A stretch of 64,000 nucleotides of DNA from Octopus sinensis (lineage: Eukaryota): contig NC_043010.1 of the NCBI RefSeq assembly GCF_006345805.1, forward strand, positions 51,646,001-51,710,000, in the 5' to 3' direction. The notes beneath the pieces were generated by a model. It saw only the letters and a list, made by a program, of their open reading frames with translations, was not told where the DNA came from and did no database searches. Made by a program: the position numbers and the translations under genes. How positions within the stretch are numbered: the stretch's first letter is position 1; every line of letters begins with the position of its first letter. This document shows, piece after piece, positions 1 through 11,169 of this stretch.

Positions 1-112
1 ATATATAATATATAAAGTTAATCCAAACAAGAAAGCACAAAAAAACACAACAAGCGAGACGTGGAACAAATATAGTATTATTGGACGCTCAGGAAAGAAG
101 GAAAAGAGGAGG

Positions 113-147
113 GTTTAACGTTTCGAGCAGAGCTCTTCGTTGGAAAC
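113..147 (-). ncRNA. Degenerate minimal type I hammerhead motif (Penelope-like remnant)
   Basis: Minus strand reads GTTT-CCAACGA-A-GAGC(TCT)GCTC-GAAAC-GTT-AAAC. Stems I and II pair and stem III is the palindrome AACGTT, but the core differs from CUGANGA at two positions. Confidence 0.55.
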
Positions 148-602
148 ATAGGAGAAGGAAAGATCCAGAGAAGGGAAGACAGAGGAAAAAAAATCGCCAA
201 CGGTACACACGAGGTCACATTTTGAAATATATATATATGATATATATATATATTACAGGCAAGAAAGTAAATTTCAAACACAATAAAGCTGTAAGAACAG
301 CAGAGTAAAAATTGGGTAATTACTCCTACACAACAGAAAAATAAGTTGACAATAGACAGCTATGGAAAGGAACCTGTTCCCTTCAGATAATAATTCAGTG
401 CTTCACCATTAAGCAAAATGGCTCCTGACAACAATTACCATCAATTTTAATGCTAAATATTAGCTTTTCAACTGCAACAACATTTTATAAACAAACTAAG
501 CAAATTTATATTTAAGTACACACACAACACACACGCATACACACACATATGCATGCACATGTGTTAATAAGATACTAACATATTTTCAAATTATCTTTGC
601 AG

Positions 603-617
603 ATGTGTCATACATAC
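603..617 (+). CDS. 15-nt microexon (MCHTY if phase 0) of unidentified + strand gene
   Basis: TACTAAC branch point at 573-579, acceptor ttatctttgcag, donor AC|gtaagt. Length is a multiple of 3 and it is phase-compatible with exon 1676-1720. Confidence 0.55.
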
Positions 618-737
618 GTAAGTATAAATTTGGAATGCTTAAATTTTTCTTTTTCACATTTGTTCATGAAATGCATAAATACAAACCAACTAGATGAAAA
701 AGAAAAGAATGTTTGGGCTGATAATGTTAACTGCATA

Positions 738-1121
738 GTGGAGGCGCAATGGCCCAGTGGTTAGGGCAGCGGACTCGCGGTCATAGGATCACGGTTTCGA
801 TTCCCAGACCGGGCGTTATGTGTGTTTATTGAGCGAAAACACCTAAAGCTCCACGAGGCCCCGGCAGGGGATGGTGGTGATCCCTGCTGTATTCTTTCAC
901 CACAACTTTCTCTTGCTCTTACTTCCTGTTTCTGTTGTACCTGTATTTCAAGGGGCCGGCCTTGTCACTCTCTGTGTCACGCTGAATATCCCCGAGAACT
1001 ACGTTAAGGGTACACGTGTCTGTGGAGTGCTCAGCCACTTACACGTTAATTTCACGAGCAGGCTGTTCCGTTGATTCGGATCAATCGGAACCCTCGTCGT
1101 CGTAACCGACGGAGTGCTTCC
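738..1121 (+). mobile_element. tRNA-derived SINE, family A
   Basis: tRNA-like head with A/B-box-like motifs (tggcccagtggttaggg...ggtttcgattccc); near-identical to the copy at 28213-28572. Confidence 0.85.
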
Positions 1122-1440
1122 CTAGATATCAATACCCCCACAAATAACGCAGTGTAACATGAGTTTTGTCTTTGGGTAGCGACTTTTATTCCCTATTTGC
1201 TCACTCCTAGAATGTATGAAAAATGGCTTATGTTTCCTTCAAACTTTGTGCTTGTTGTAATATTTATTCCAAGCCCCCAAAAATCCCTCTCAAACACATG
1301 GCTGTGATGCTCCCCCACTACACCTGCTCATCATCAGAGATACACATATTGTCAGCCACTAAGGGACATGCTCAAGTGGTTAAGGTCAAGATATTGAGAA
1401 GCAAATCTGGGGTACTGAGCAGAATATTTGCTACAATGCT

Positions 1441-1450
1441 AGTGCTACTA

Positions 1451-1493
<43 letters not shown>

Positions 1494-1538
1494 CACCACC
1501 ACCACCACCACCACCACCACCACCACCACCACCACACC

Positions 1539-1590
<52 letters not shown>
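1441..1590 (+). repeat. (CTA)n-(CCA)n-(CTA)n compound microsatellite
   Basis: Seen directly; accounts for the poly-L/P/H/Y ORF 1223-1621. Confidence 0.95.
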
Positions 1591-1591
<1 letters not shown>

Positions 1592-1675
1592 ATACTTAAT
1601 TTTCACACAACCAATATGTAGATATTGTTCATTGGGTGATTGCAGCTATAAAATAAATTATATCATTTCTTACAG

Positions 1676-1720
1676 ATCAAGGCAATTAAAACAGCAATGC
1701 TAAAATTTTATAAATGCAAG
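1676..1720 (+). CDS. Internal exon IKAIKTAMLKFYKCK of unidentified gene
   Basis: tttcttacag|ATC...AAG|gtaagt; 45 nt; only phase 0 is open. Confidence 0.7.
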
Positions 1721-1787
1721 GTAAGTGTAATTAATTTAAATAATGCTTTGTTACCTATTGTTCTCTCTGTCTTTGAATTCCTATCAT

Positions 1788-2359
1788 ATTGTATGTATGT
1801 ATGTATGTATGTATGTATGTATGTATGTATGTATGCATGTATGTATGTATGCATGTATGTATGTATGTTTGTATGTATGTATGTGTATGTATGTATGCAT
1901 GCATATATGTATGTATGTATGTATGTATGCATGTATGTATGTATGCATGCATGCATGCATGTATGTATGTATGCATGCATGCATGTATGTATGTATGCAT
2001 GTATGTATGTATGTATGTATGCATGCATGCATGTATGTATGTATGTATGCATGTATGTATGCATGTATATATGTATATATGCATGTATGTATGTATGTAT
2101 GTATGCATGTATGTATGTATATATGTATATATGCATGTATGTATGTATGTACGTATGTATGTATGCATGCATGTATGTGTGTATGTATGTATGCATGCAT
2201 GTATGTATGTATGTATGCATGTATGTATGTATACATGTACATACGTACGTATGCATGTATGTATGTATGTATGTATGTATGCATGTATGTAAGTATGTAC
2301 GCATGCATGCATGCATGCATGTATGTATGTATGTATGCATGCATGCATGTATGTATGTA
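1788..2359 (+). repeat. (ATGT)n/(ATGC)n tetranucleotide array
   Basis: Seen directly; source of the MYVC/HTYI ORFs. Confidence 0.95.
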
Positions 2360-2369
2360 TAATGATGGT

Positions 2370-3210
2370 GGATAATCTTGGCCTTTTTGACTATTTTAGA
2401 AATGTGGGCCAACCAGCATGGATCAGTGTTAACAATAATGTATAAATCATCTGATTTATTAATGTTGGTATTGTGGAAGGAGCAGAAAAAGTTTGGGTTT
2501 TTCCTTCCAAAATGTATAATGGTGCATTCATATACAGACAGCTTGAGCTGCCTATTAGCAATCCATTGCTGTTCTGTGTCAAAATCACATTGCCAGAAAG
2601 ATCTATAGTATATAGGATCCATTCTAATGTTATCTGGGAATTTTAACACAGAAGCATGCTTCAATTTGCATCTCTTTCAGAACACCATCCGAGCGTGATC
2701 GCTGTGATCGTTGCCAGAGCAGCCAACTGGCTTCCGTACCTGTGGCACGTAAAAGGGCACCATTCGAGCGTGATAGTTACCAATGTCGCTTCACTGGCAC
2801 CTGTGTCGGTGGCACGTGTAAAAAGATTCGAGCGAGGTCATTGCCAGTACCGCTTGACTGGCCCCCGTGCATGTGGCATGTAAAAAGCACCCACTACACT
2901 CTCGGAGTGGTTGGCATTAGGAAGGGCATCCAGCTGTAGAAACTCTGCCAGATCAAGACTGGAGCCTGGTGCAGCCATCTGGTTGCCAGCCCTCAGTCAA
3001 AACCGTCCAACCCATGCTAGCATGGAAAACGGACGTTAAACGATGATGATGATGATGAATAAATAACAGGAGATTGAGAACAGATCCCTGTGGGGTACCC
3101 AATGTCATCATATAAAGAGTAGAACGTTGTCCTAGCTAACTTTTAGCACACTTAGGCACATCTTGCTGTTGTACAAGTTTTCTCCCCTGTAACTGCAGGG
3201 ACATTGTATT
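2370..3210 (-). mobile_element. Decayed CR1-type LINE RT fragment, interrupted by an RTE-tail copy
   Basis: Minus-strand translation gives a PQGSVL-like motif near 3090 and WQLKL...HFGRKNP...HISKIVKKA-like text at 2370-2620. Confidence 0.65.
2690..3057 (+). mobile_element. RTE 3'-tail copy (5'-truncated LINE or tail-sharing SINE)
   Basis: Matches the 3' end of the RTE at 15430-15732 (cccactacactctcggagtggttgg...catgctagcatggaaaacggacgttaa) and ends in (GAT)n. Confidence 0.85.
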
Positions 3211-3314
3211 ACATTGAGAGGGGAGAAAACACATATGGTGTCATGATGTGTTTACAGCATGCTAAAGGTTAATATCTTTATTTTTTTTTTTTTGTATTTT
3301 GTATTTTATATTGC

Positions 3315-3788
3315 ACTAGCAGTATCGCCCAGCGTTGCTCGGGTTTGTAAGGGAAATAACTATATAAGCATTTTTAGAGAGTTACTTCCCTTATAGATGC
3401 CAATTCGGGCTTTCTTAGCCATTTCTGTTTTGGTGTCTTCAAGCCATGAAGTCGTTGTTCTAAAAGAACGCTGGTCTCCTTGACAACGCTTTACGATGTT
3501 GATTTCCTTACACTCCCTTCCCCACAGCTTCACGGGGGAGGGAAGAAGGGGGAGAAGCAAACAGGTGCAGATGTGACCATGGACGCCAACTCCGCCGCCA
3601 TCGACACACGAAAAATTATGCATTAAAATGGAATAAAAAATGATGTTAAATTATTTTTAAAATCGATATGAATCACGACTATAAGATACCCGAATTTGGT
3701 TAAACTGCACCGCAAAATGTGGGAGTAGTTAGGAATCTAAATCGAAGGGGACAGACACTCACACAACTACAGTTTTATATATATAGAT
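3315..3788 (+). mobile_element. Non-autonomous Helitron/Helentron-like element
   Basis: Starts actagcagtatcgcccagcgttgctcggg and ends ttatatatatagat; same termini as 7048-7440. Class assignment is inferred from terminal architecture. Confidence 0.55.
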
Positions 3789-4515
3789 TTTTTAAAGTTC
3801 ATATGATATTAACAATTGCTTTTTTGGCTTTTCTTTACCCAGGAACCCATCAAACCTTATCGAGCATTAGAGTTTCTCCAGCTATCAAATGTGAAAATGA
3901 TACATAGAATTATTACCCATATAATAAATAAGGATGACAAACATGTAAGTTTCGTTTTTGGATTTGGTTTGCAAGATTCTTTATATGAGTTCGTGTGTTG
4001 AAGCATATTCTGTTGTGTCTGGGGAGAGTCATTTTCTTTTTTTTTGCCATATAACGTAACACACTCACCAGTAAAATTTCCACTTCTTTCTTTTTTTTTA
4101 AGAACAGACAAGCACACATATGCAAATATGGACTGACACACATGACCATATAGACACACTCTTTACTCCACACAAGGACACATATGGAGACACGGATCTA
4201 CACATATAGAGATGCACATCCATACATACAAACATGCTACATAGTTGCATAACACATACACACACACACACACACAGAGACATGCACACACAAAGAGACA
4301 GAGGTGCATGCATATACAAACACACGCTCACACACACACACATACATAGAAAATACACAAACACGGACATGCAAACACATGAATATACAGGAGACATACA
4401 TACAGATGCACACAAACACATATATACATACATACACATGCATACATACATACACACATACATACGTACATGCATGCATGCATATGCACGCACACACACA
4501 CTGACCCACACACAT

Positions 4516-4717
4516 ACTCTTTTACTCTTTTACTTGTTTCAGTCATTTGACTGCGGCCATGCTGGAGCACTGCCTTTAGTCGAGCAAATCGACCCCGGGA
4601 CTTATTCTTTGTAAGCCCAGTACTTATTCTATCAGTCTCTTTTGCCGAACCGCTAAGTGACGGGGACGTAAACACACCAGCATCGGTTGTCAAGCAATGC
4701 TAGGGGGACAAACACAA

Positions 4718-4748
<31 letters not shown>

Positions 4749-4920
4749 CATATATACGGCAGGCTTCTTTCAGTTTCCGTCTACCAAATCCACTCACAAG
4801 GCATTGGTTGGCCCGGGGCTATAGCAGAAGACACTTGCCCAAGATGCCATGCAGTGAGACTGAACCCGGAACCATGTGGTTGGTTAGCAAGCTACTTACC
4901 ACACAGCCACTCCTGTGCCT
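4516..4920 (-). mobile_element. tRNA-derived SINE, family N (internal TA/TG microsatellite, gtaaaagag tail)
   Basis: Full-length match to the copies at 19800-20226 and 27678-28148. Confidence 0.85.
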
Positions 4921-4959
4921 ACAAACAAACAAACAAAACAAAAAGGAAGGCAAAGTCAA

Positions 4960-5365
4960 CTAACCCTGTGTATGCGTGCTGGAGGTTTCCACGATGGCTT
5001 CACTACACATGTATACAGACAGCAATTCTACATAGCAGTGAAATGTGGGCACTGAATAGAGAGGACATGTGAGGGTTAGAAAGGAATGAGATTAGTATGC
5101 TCTGCTGGATGTGTAATGTAAGTGTACATGTTTGACAGAGTGCTAGTGTTTTGAGAGAGAAATTAGGCATTAGAGGAATTAGTCTCTGTGTGCAAGAGAG
5201 AAGACTGTGCTGGTTTGGTCATGTGATGCAGACGGATACCGACAGCTCCGTAAAGAAGTGCCGATCTCTCAAAGTAGCTGAAAGTGGGAGACCCAGGAAG
5301 ACATGGAATGAAGTACTAAAGAACAACCTCAGGATCCTGAACCTGTATGAAACTCTCGGACCTTG
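4960..5365 (+). mobile_element. Decayed RTE ORF 3' fragment
   Basis: Translates to HSSEMWA...WMCNVSV...REKLGIRGISLCVQERRLCWFGHV...GRPRKTW, homologous to 13000-13300. Confidence 0.8.
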
Positions 5366-5407
5366 AATCACTCTGTTTCTTCTGCTAAATATTAATATAT
5401 ATATATA

Positions 5408-5455
<48 letters not shown>

Positions 5456-5654
5456 TATAAGTAATACTAAGTAATTAAGGGTTTAGCAACGATTTGCCTC
5501 ACCACACACCGAATTTAGAAATAGCAGTCAAAGAGTTATAGCTATTCTTTCTACTAAAAGGGAGATCTCAGTAAAACCACAGCACTTGAAAGGCAAACAC
5601 AGACAGGCAAGAGAGAAAGAAATGACGGCAATCTATCATACAATTTTTAAGTCA

Positions 5655-5745
5655 CCTACGGACGTACGTTTCGAAATTAAGTTTTAGGAAAGCATAAGAA
5701 TTAGATAATTATGTCTTACCCAACTTCTTTTCTCATCAGCGTAGG
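5655..5745 (-). ncRNA. Type I hammerhead ribozyme with intact core
   Basis: CCTACG-CTGATGA-GAAA...TTTC-GAAAC(GTAC)GTC|CGTAGG: 6-bp stem I, full core, long stem II, palindromic stem III. Predicted cleavage after GUC, between 5661 and 5660. Confidence 0.85.
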
Positions 5746-5746
5746 A

Positions 5747-5784
<38 letters not shown>

Positions 5785-5789
<5 letters not shown>

Positions 5790-5994
5790 CGAGGAAAAAT
5801 TATAAAAAGGCAGAATGCTAAATTGAAGGTAAATTTTAATAAAAATGGGTGGTATAGAAAATTTTTTAAATAATAAAAAAATATTTAATAAAAAAATATT
5901 TAAAAAATGTTTTTTTAATTTTCCATACACCCATTTTTATTAAAATTTACCTTCAATTTAGCATTCTGCTTTTTTATAATTTTTCCTCGCCTAT
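5785..5994. repeat. Foldback (inverted repeat), arms about 85 bp
   Basis: ataggcgaggaaaaattataaaaaggcagaatgctaaattgaagg... is mirrored by ...ccttcaatttagcattctgcttttttataatttttcctcgcctat. Confidence 0.9.
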
Positions 5995-6132
5995 CATTTC
6001 TCCATTGCAGTCAACACAACCCCACCATTTATTGATTTATATGTATATATATATTTATGGGATGACCCAATAATATATATTTAAACTTTGGAGTTTTATA
6101 TATACATATATATAATATATACATATATATAT

Positions 6133-6196
<64 letters not shown>

Positions 6197-6468
6197 CATA
6201 ATTGACAACCAGTGTAGTTCATTTATGTCCCTGTAACTTGGTAGTTCGGTAAAGGAAAGTGATATAATTAAATGCCAAACTTGAAAATTAGTTCTGGGAT
6301 CTGTTCAACTAAAACCCTTCAAGACAGTACTCCAGTGTGGCCACACCTCAATGGCTGAAACAAGTAAAAGAAGTTAAAATTGCTTTATCATTAATGAATA
6401 TATTAATTAATCATCTTCCATCTCTCTTCAGTTTTGAAATCACTTCTATTTAATTTTAATTTTTGCAG

Positions 6469-6636
6469 ATAACCTACATAATGAAGAAAGTCTTTTTAAA
6501 CCATCTTCACCATCAAGTTAAAGAATTAACAGATATGACGACGAGGCTGGCTTCAAACGATCCTTTCATAGAGTTTTTGATGGACAAATCATTGAGATGC
6601 TCCCAGCCAAAATATCAAGAATTTTATACAGTTTGA
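6469..6636 (+). CDS. Probable terminal exon ITYIMKKVFLNHLHHQVKELTDMTTRLASNDPFIEFLMDKSLRCSQPKYQEFYTV* of unidentified gene
   Basis: ttttaatttttgcag acceptor, 55 open codons to TGA, phase matches exon 1676-1720; ATTAAA hexamers near 6826-6840. Confidence 0.65.
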   Translation: MTYIMKKVFLNHLHHQVKELTDMTTRLASNDPFIEFLMDKSLRCSQPKYQEFYTV

Positions 6637-6880
6637 GAAAGCTCCAAATACATACAACATTAGTTTTATTTTTTGTTATTTGTTCATCTCTCAACTAAGA
6701 AAGTAGTTAAGTCACATACAAACTTTTATTGGTACAACATTGATTTTCAGGAACTTTTGATTTCATAGCATTTCCATATTACAAGTGTAGTCACATTGGC
6801 CAACATATTCTAAACTAAACAAATATTAAAGTGAATTAAATAACTAAAGGAAATACACGTACTTGTACATTAGTATAAAT

Positions 6881-7622
6881 CAGGGGTCCTCAAGCATTTT
6901 TTATCTATGGACCCCTTTGATTACTTTTTTATTCCAGTGGACCCCCATAGTCATTTGATGTTTAAAAACTGGTTTTATGGAAACTTCTTTCAAAATTCCT
7001 ATTTTGCTTTTCATACATTAACTTGTGTAGGTTGAACTATATAAAATACTAGCAGTATCGCCCAGCGTTGCTCGGGTTTGTTTCGACCCTTTAGAATTGG
7101 ATTTTTTGAAAAGTAAAAATTACACATTCACTCGCTGTGTTATTCTCTTTAAGTGAACATTTTTCTGGTTGAAATACACTGAAAAATGGTGACACAGCAG
7201 TCAAAAAATCGTAAAAAGTAGGGATTTTCATAGAAAAAAAGCACCTTTTTGATGTAAATAATTTTTGGTCTTAACATGGTCCGATTTGAATTTTTTCTTC
7301 TATGGAAGGAAGAACAAGCCTTCTTATATCATACTCTCAATTTTGGTCAACTTGCTCCGCAGGGTCTCAGAGTAGATAAGTGCTAGTTGAAGGCTACCAA
7401 ACCTGCCATACACAGACAACTTCAGCATTATATATAGAGAGATTAGAGAAAAAAACCTAGCTGTTTCTTGCTATACATACCAATACATACATCTAAAGCA
7501 AAATTGTTCGAGGGGTCCTTAAAATACTATTGTGGATCTCCAGTTTACTACTTTGTTGCATAGACCCCCAAAAATCTTACATAGACCCTCATGGGTCATA
7601 AGGTCCCCAGTGGAGAACCACC
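6881..7622. mobile_element. hAT-type MITE interrupted by a Helitron-like insert
   Basis: caggggtcctcaa... and ...ggagaaccacc degenerate TIRs of CAGGGGTTCTCAA type; insert at 7048-7440. Confidence 0.55.
7048..7440 (+). mobile_element. Non-autonomous Helitron/Helentron-like element
   Basis: The first ~33 bp are identical to 3315; ends cagcattatatatagagag. Confidence 0.55.
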
Positions 7623-7907
7623 AATGTAAATGATACATGTTTACTGTGCAAGATTCCAATAAATTAATCTGGTGATTGTGGGAGTGTGAAGTTCCTGCAG
7701 TGTGGATGTTCCAAGCCACCAGTGTCCAGAAAGCCAGTGTTGTAACAGTATTTTGAAAAGACAAGGAAATTCGTCCATTAAAGAATACAGCAAGTTTTCA
7801 GTAATAAAAAATAAAGTACTGTACTTGGGAAGAAAATGGTATTAAATTTTTATTATAGTATAAGGCATTATTTCTAGACATGGCTATGGTTATGAAGTTA
7901 AAATTAT

Positions 7908-8302
7908 CATAAAATTATCATAAAATTATTAACCATCGTACAAACAATAACTCTGAGCACCTTTTCAAATTCCACCCATCTAACACCCGTGGACATATTT
8001 ACAAAGTCAGAAAACAGCACAGCTCCCATGACTTCAGGAAACATTTTTTCACGCTTAGAGTTGCTGAAGCATGGAACAAACTGCCGGCAACAGTTGTTAG
8101 TTGTCGGAGCACTGCATCCTTCAAAACTTCCATGCTTTCTGAGATTCGCCAACACTACACCTGATTTTCTCCCCTCCATACACTCACAAGCATGTATCTG
8201 ACTCATGCACTGTTCGCTTTCCAGACAGTTGTACATTACTGCATATACTCTGACAAGTTGTGGTGCACCTGAGCACTGTATACAATAATTTCATTATTAT
8301 TA
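7908..8302 (+). mobile_element. CR1-type LINE 3' end
   Basis: HKIINH...EHLFKFHPSNTRG...KHFFTLRVAEAWNKLP-like coding tail plus shared 3' UTR ending (ATT)n; homologous to 30140-30400 and 40590-41255. Confidence 0.8.
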
Positions 8303-8529
8303 TTTTTTTTTAAGAAGTTTGCTTTGCAACTAAGTGGGTTTCACATTCAGTCCTATAGCATGGTATTTGACCAATGCGTTGTGAGTGAATTTGGTGATCA
8401 GAGTCTTAACGTATCTTGTTGCGTGTGTCTATGCACGTATATACATGTGTGTGTGCGTGTGGTGTGTGTGTGTGTGTGTGCGTGTGTTTATATCCAGGCA
8501 TCTGATGTGGCTTTTTAAACCAGACAATA

Positions 8530-9320
8530 TTTTGAAAAGACACCCACATAGATTGCATATCTGATTTGGACCACCATGACCTGCAGTTAAATTCTGATCT
8601 TTGTAGATCATAAAATGTCTTTTGAGGCCTCCATTAGATTTGCAGACCCTATGGCATACACGGCATTGAAAGGTGTGCACAGATATATAAGCAGAATAGT
8701 TGGTGGAGGCTCATTTTTTATGGGTTTACAAATGAGATTGGAGCCCAGCAAAAGAAAGGCATGGTCTGTCACAGACTGTGCACACAAAAAGGTCACTGAG
8801 ATTCACCTTCTAGTAGATCACAACATTCTTCTTTAAATCTCTCTTGAGTCTTGCCTATGTCATCCTAACCTCCATAAAAGCTTTCGCTCCATTCCACACT
8901 TTTGTTTGCCATCCAGCTCCATCTGAAGCAAGGGTTTCTATGGCCTTTGAGTCTATTCCAAGTGACTTCATGGTAGTCCTTATGCTGTCCTTAAACCTCT
9001 TTTTAGGTTTACACCAATTGCATTTTCCCCTCTGCAAGCTCGCCATAAAACAACTGTTTGGGTGCATGTTCATCTGCTATTTGAACTATCTGGCTGGACC
9101 ATTGCATTTGATTTTTCAGAATCATTGATTTAATGAAGTGATGCAGACATAAAAACATCTGTGTCTAGAGTAAAAAAAAACAAAACAAACCAATTAATGT
9201 TTAAAATGCCATGAAGGCATTTTTGGTGGAATTGCTCTAACAATTTGAAATGTCTTTTATAACACTTCCACATTTCAGAGGAATATAGCAGGGATGGTAA
9301 GACAAACGATTTGTAAAGAG
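8530..9320 (-). mobile_element. Decayed RTE (BovB-like) LINE 3' fragment
   Basis: VLPSLLYSSEMW...LEQFHQKCL..ILNINW; KPKKRFKDSI...WQTKV; C-terminal CxxC motifs. Confidence 0.75.
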
Positions 9321-9344
9321 CCAATTTTTGTGTTGTTATTTATA

Positions 9345-9681
9345 TGTTGTTCATTACCGCGTCGCCTTACTAGCACTTGTGCTGGTAGCATGTGAAACAT
9401 TCGAGCGAGGTCGTCGCCAGTGCTGCTGGACTGGCTTCTGTGCAGGTGGCACACAAAAAGCACCATTTGGGTGTGGCCATTGCCAGTACCACCAAACTGG
9501 CCCCCGTGCTGGTGGCACGTAAAAGCACCCACTACACTCTCAGAGTGGTTGGCATTAGGAAGGGCATCCATCTGTAGAAATTCTGCCAGATCAGATTGGA
9601 GTCTGGTTCGCCAGACCTCAGTCAAATCGTCCAACCCATGCTAGCATGGAAAGCAGACGTTAAATGATGATGATGATGATG
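9345..9681 (+). mobile_element. RTE 3'-tail copy
   Basis: Same tail as 2690-3057, ending (GAT)n. Confidence 0.8.
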
Positions 9682-10146
9682 TTGCCACCAAATGTGTGAC
9701 TCCAAACCACAAAATGCTTGTGCTGTTTGTTGAATTCACAGATGCATTTCTGCGTCCAGATTTCCATAATTTTGTACAGAGCTTCTGTGGTAGATGAAAG
9801 AGTCAACAACCTCAAGTAACTTACCCTTAATGAAAATTTTAGGGAGGGTTGCAAACAGCACCACTTGCGGGTTGATACATTACAACTTCTTGAGCCAATA
9901 GGTATGGGTAGTGCAGTGCAGGCTACACATACACATGCACACACATACACACATATATATGAATATATACATGTATACATGTATATCTATATATATATAT
10001 ATAATTAATAATTTAGGGTATCTAAGAGATACCACCACGCTGGAAATAGCTGCCAAATCTTGGCTCTAAAACCACATTAAATGTTCATACAGCACCAGGA
10101 GAGAAGACAAAGAGACAAAATAAACTAGCAAAAAAATTACTGGATA

Positions 10147-10205
10147 ATTCTAGATCCCGGATTTCTGGCTCTGTATAAGAAATGCTCTGCCTTCATCAGT
10201 GGAAT
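10147..10205 (-). ncRNA. Type I hammerhead motif, copy 1 of a tandem pair
   Basis: ATTCCA-CTGATGA-AGGC...GCCA-GAAAT-CCGGG-ATC|TAGAAT: core intact, short stem II, near-palindromic stem III, one mismatch in stem I. Confidence 0.6.
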
Positions 10206-10224
10206 ATACTTAGATAGCACATAA

Positions 10225-10269
<45 letters not shown>

Positions 10270-10484
10270 ACATACGAATACTTACATATGCAAATGTATA
10301 CACACATATATATGCAAGTATGCACATGACCAGTTTAAATTGCCTGCCTAAAGCTCCTTGTGTGATATGGTCAAAATACCACCGCAGTGAATATAATGAC
10401 GAAATAAATATATAAATTTATATAAATAAGGATAAGATCGTTATTTAAATACCAAACTTATCAGGTGGCCAGCATGATAAGTGG

Positions 10485-10533
10485 CCGGATTTCTGGCTCT
10501 GCATAAGAAATACTCTGCCTTCATCAGTGGAAT
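10485..10533 (-). ncRNA. Hammerhead motif, copy 2, truncated in stem III
   Basis: Direct repeat of 10157-10205; the sequence diverges after GAAATCCGG. Confidence 0.5.
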
Positions 10534-11169
10534 ATACTCAGATAGCACATAAATACAGATATATATATATATATAAGGTAATCGAGGTAGTCAGAGTAAG
10601 TGACAGAATAATTAAGATTAGATTAGTGCTCCACCATAGTTTAGCAACTATTATATCGGCCTATGCCCCTCAGCCAGGGCTACCTGATGGACAGAAAGAC
10701 TGTTTCTATGACACCCTACTGCAGACCACATCATTGACGAACGACAGGGACCTTCTCTTTGTGGCTGGTGACTTCAATGGGCATGTTGGACGATGTGCTG
10801 GGGGCTTCCATGGCGTGCATGGAGGCTACGGTTATGGTTCCCGCAACGAGGAGGGAACCAGGCTGCTGGAGTTCTGCGATGCGAATAGTCTTATGATTTG
10901 CAACACTAACTTCAGGAACCGACAAGCCACCTGGTCACCTACGATCAGGGCCGGCATACTAGCCAAATCGACTACATCCTTGCCAAAAAAGGGAAAGATG
11001 GCTGCTTATAAATGCCAAAACCTTCCCAGGTGAAGAATGCACCCCACAACATAGACTGGTAGTTAGTGACTTTAGGATCAGGACTAAGAGGGCGACTAGA
11101 AGACGACCAACATGGAGAAGAAGGGTCTGGAAGCTTAAAGACCCTGCGAATGGACAGAGATTTAGAGAT

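Noticed and set aside
363-427. Minus-strand exon-like AILLNGEALNYYLKGTGSFP*
   Set aside because: Isolated, antisense to the better-supported + strand gene, and no partner exons were found.
738-815. tRNA gene
   Set aside because: The tRNA-like sequence continues into a SINE body repeated elsewhere (28213, 49450, 58753); these are SINE heads.
1697-2664. Long MYVC/HTYI ORFs
   Set aside because: Translations of a tetranucleotide microsatellite on both strands; only the 2370-2620 part has LINE-like content.
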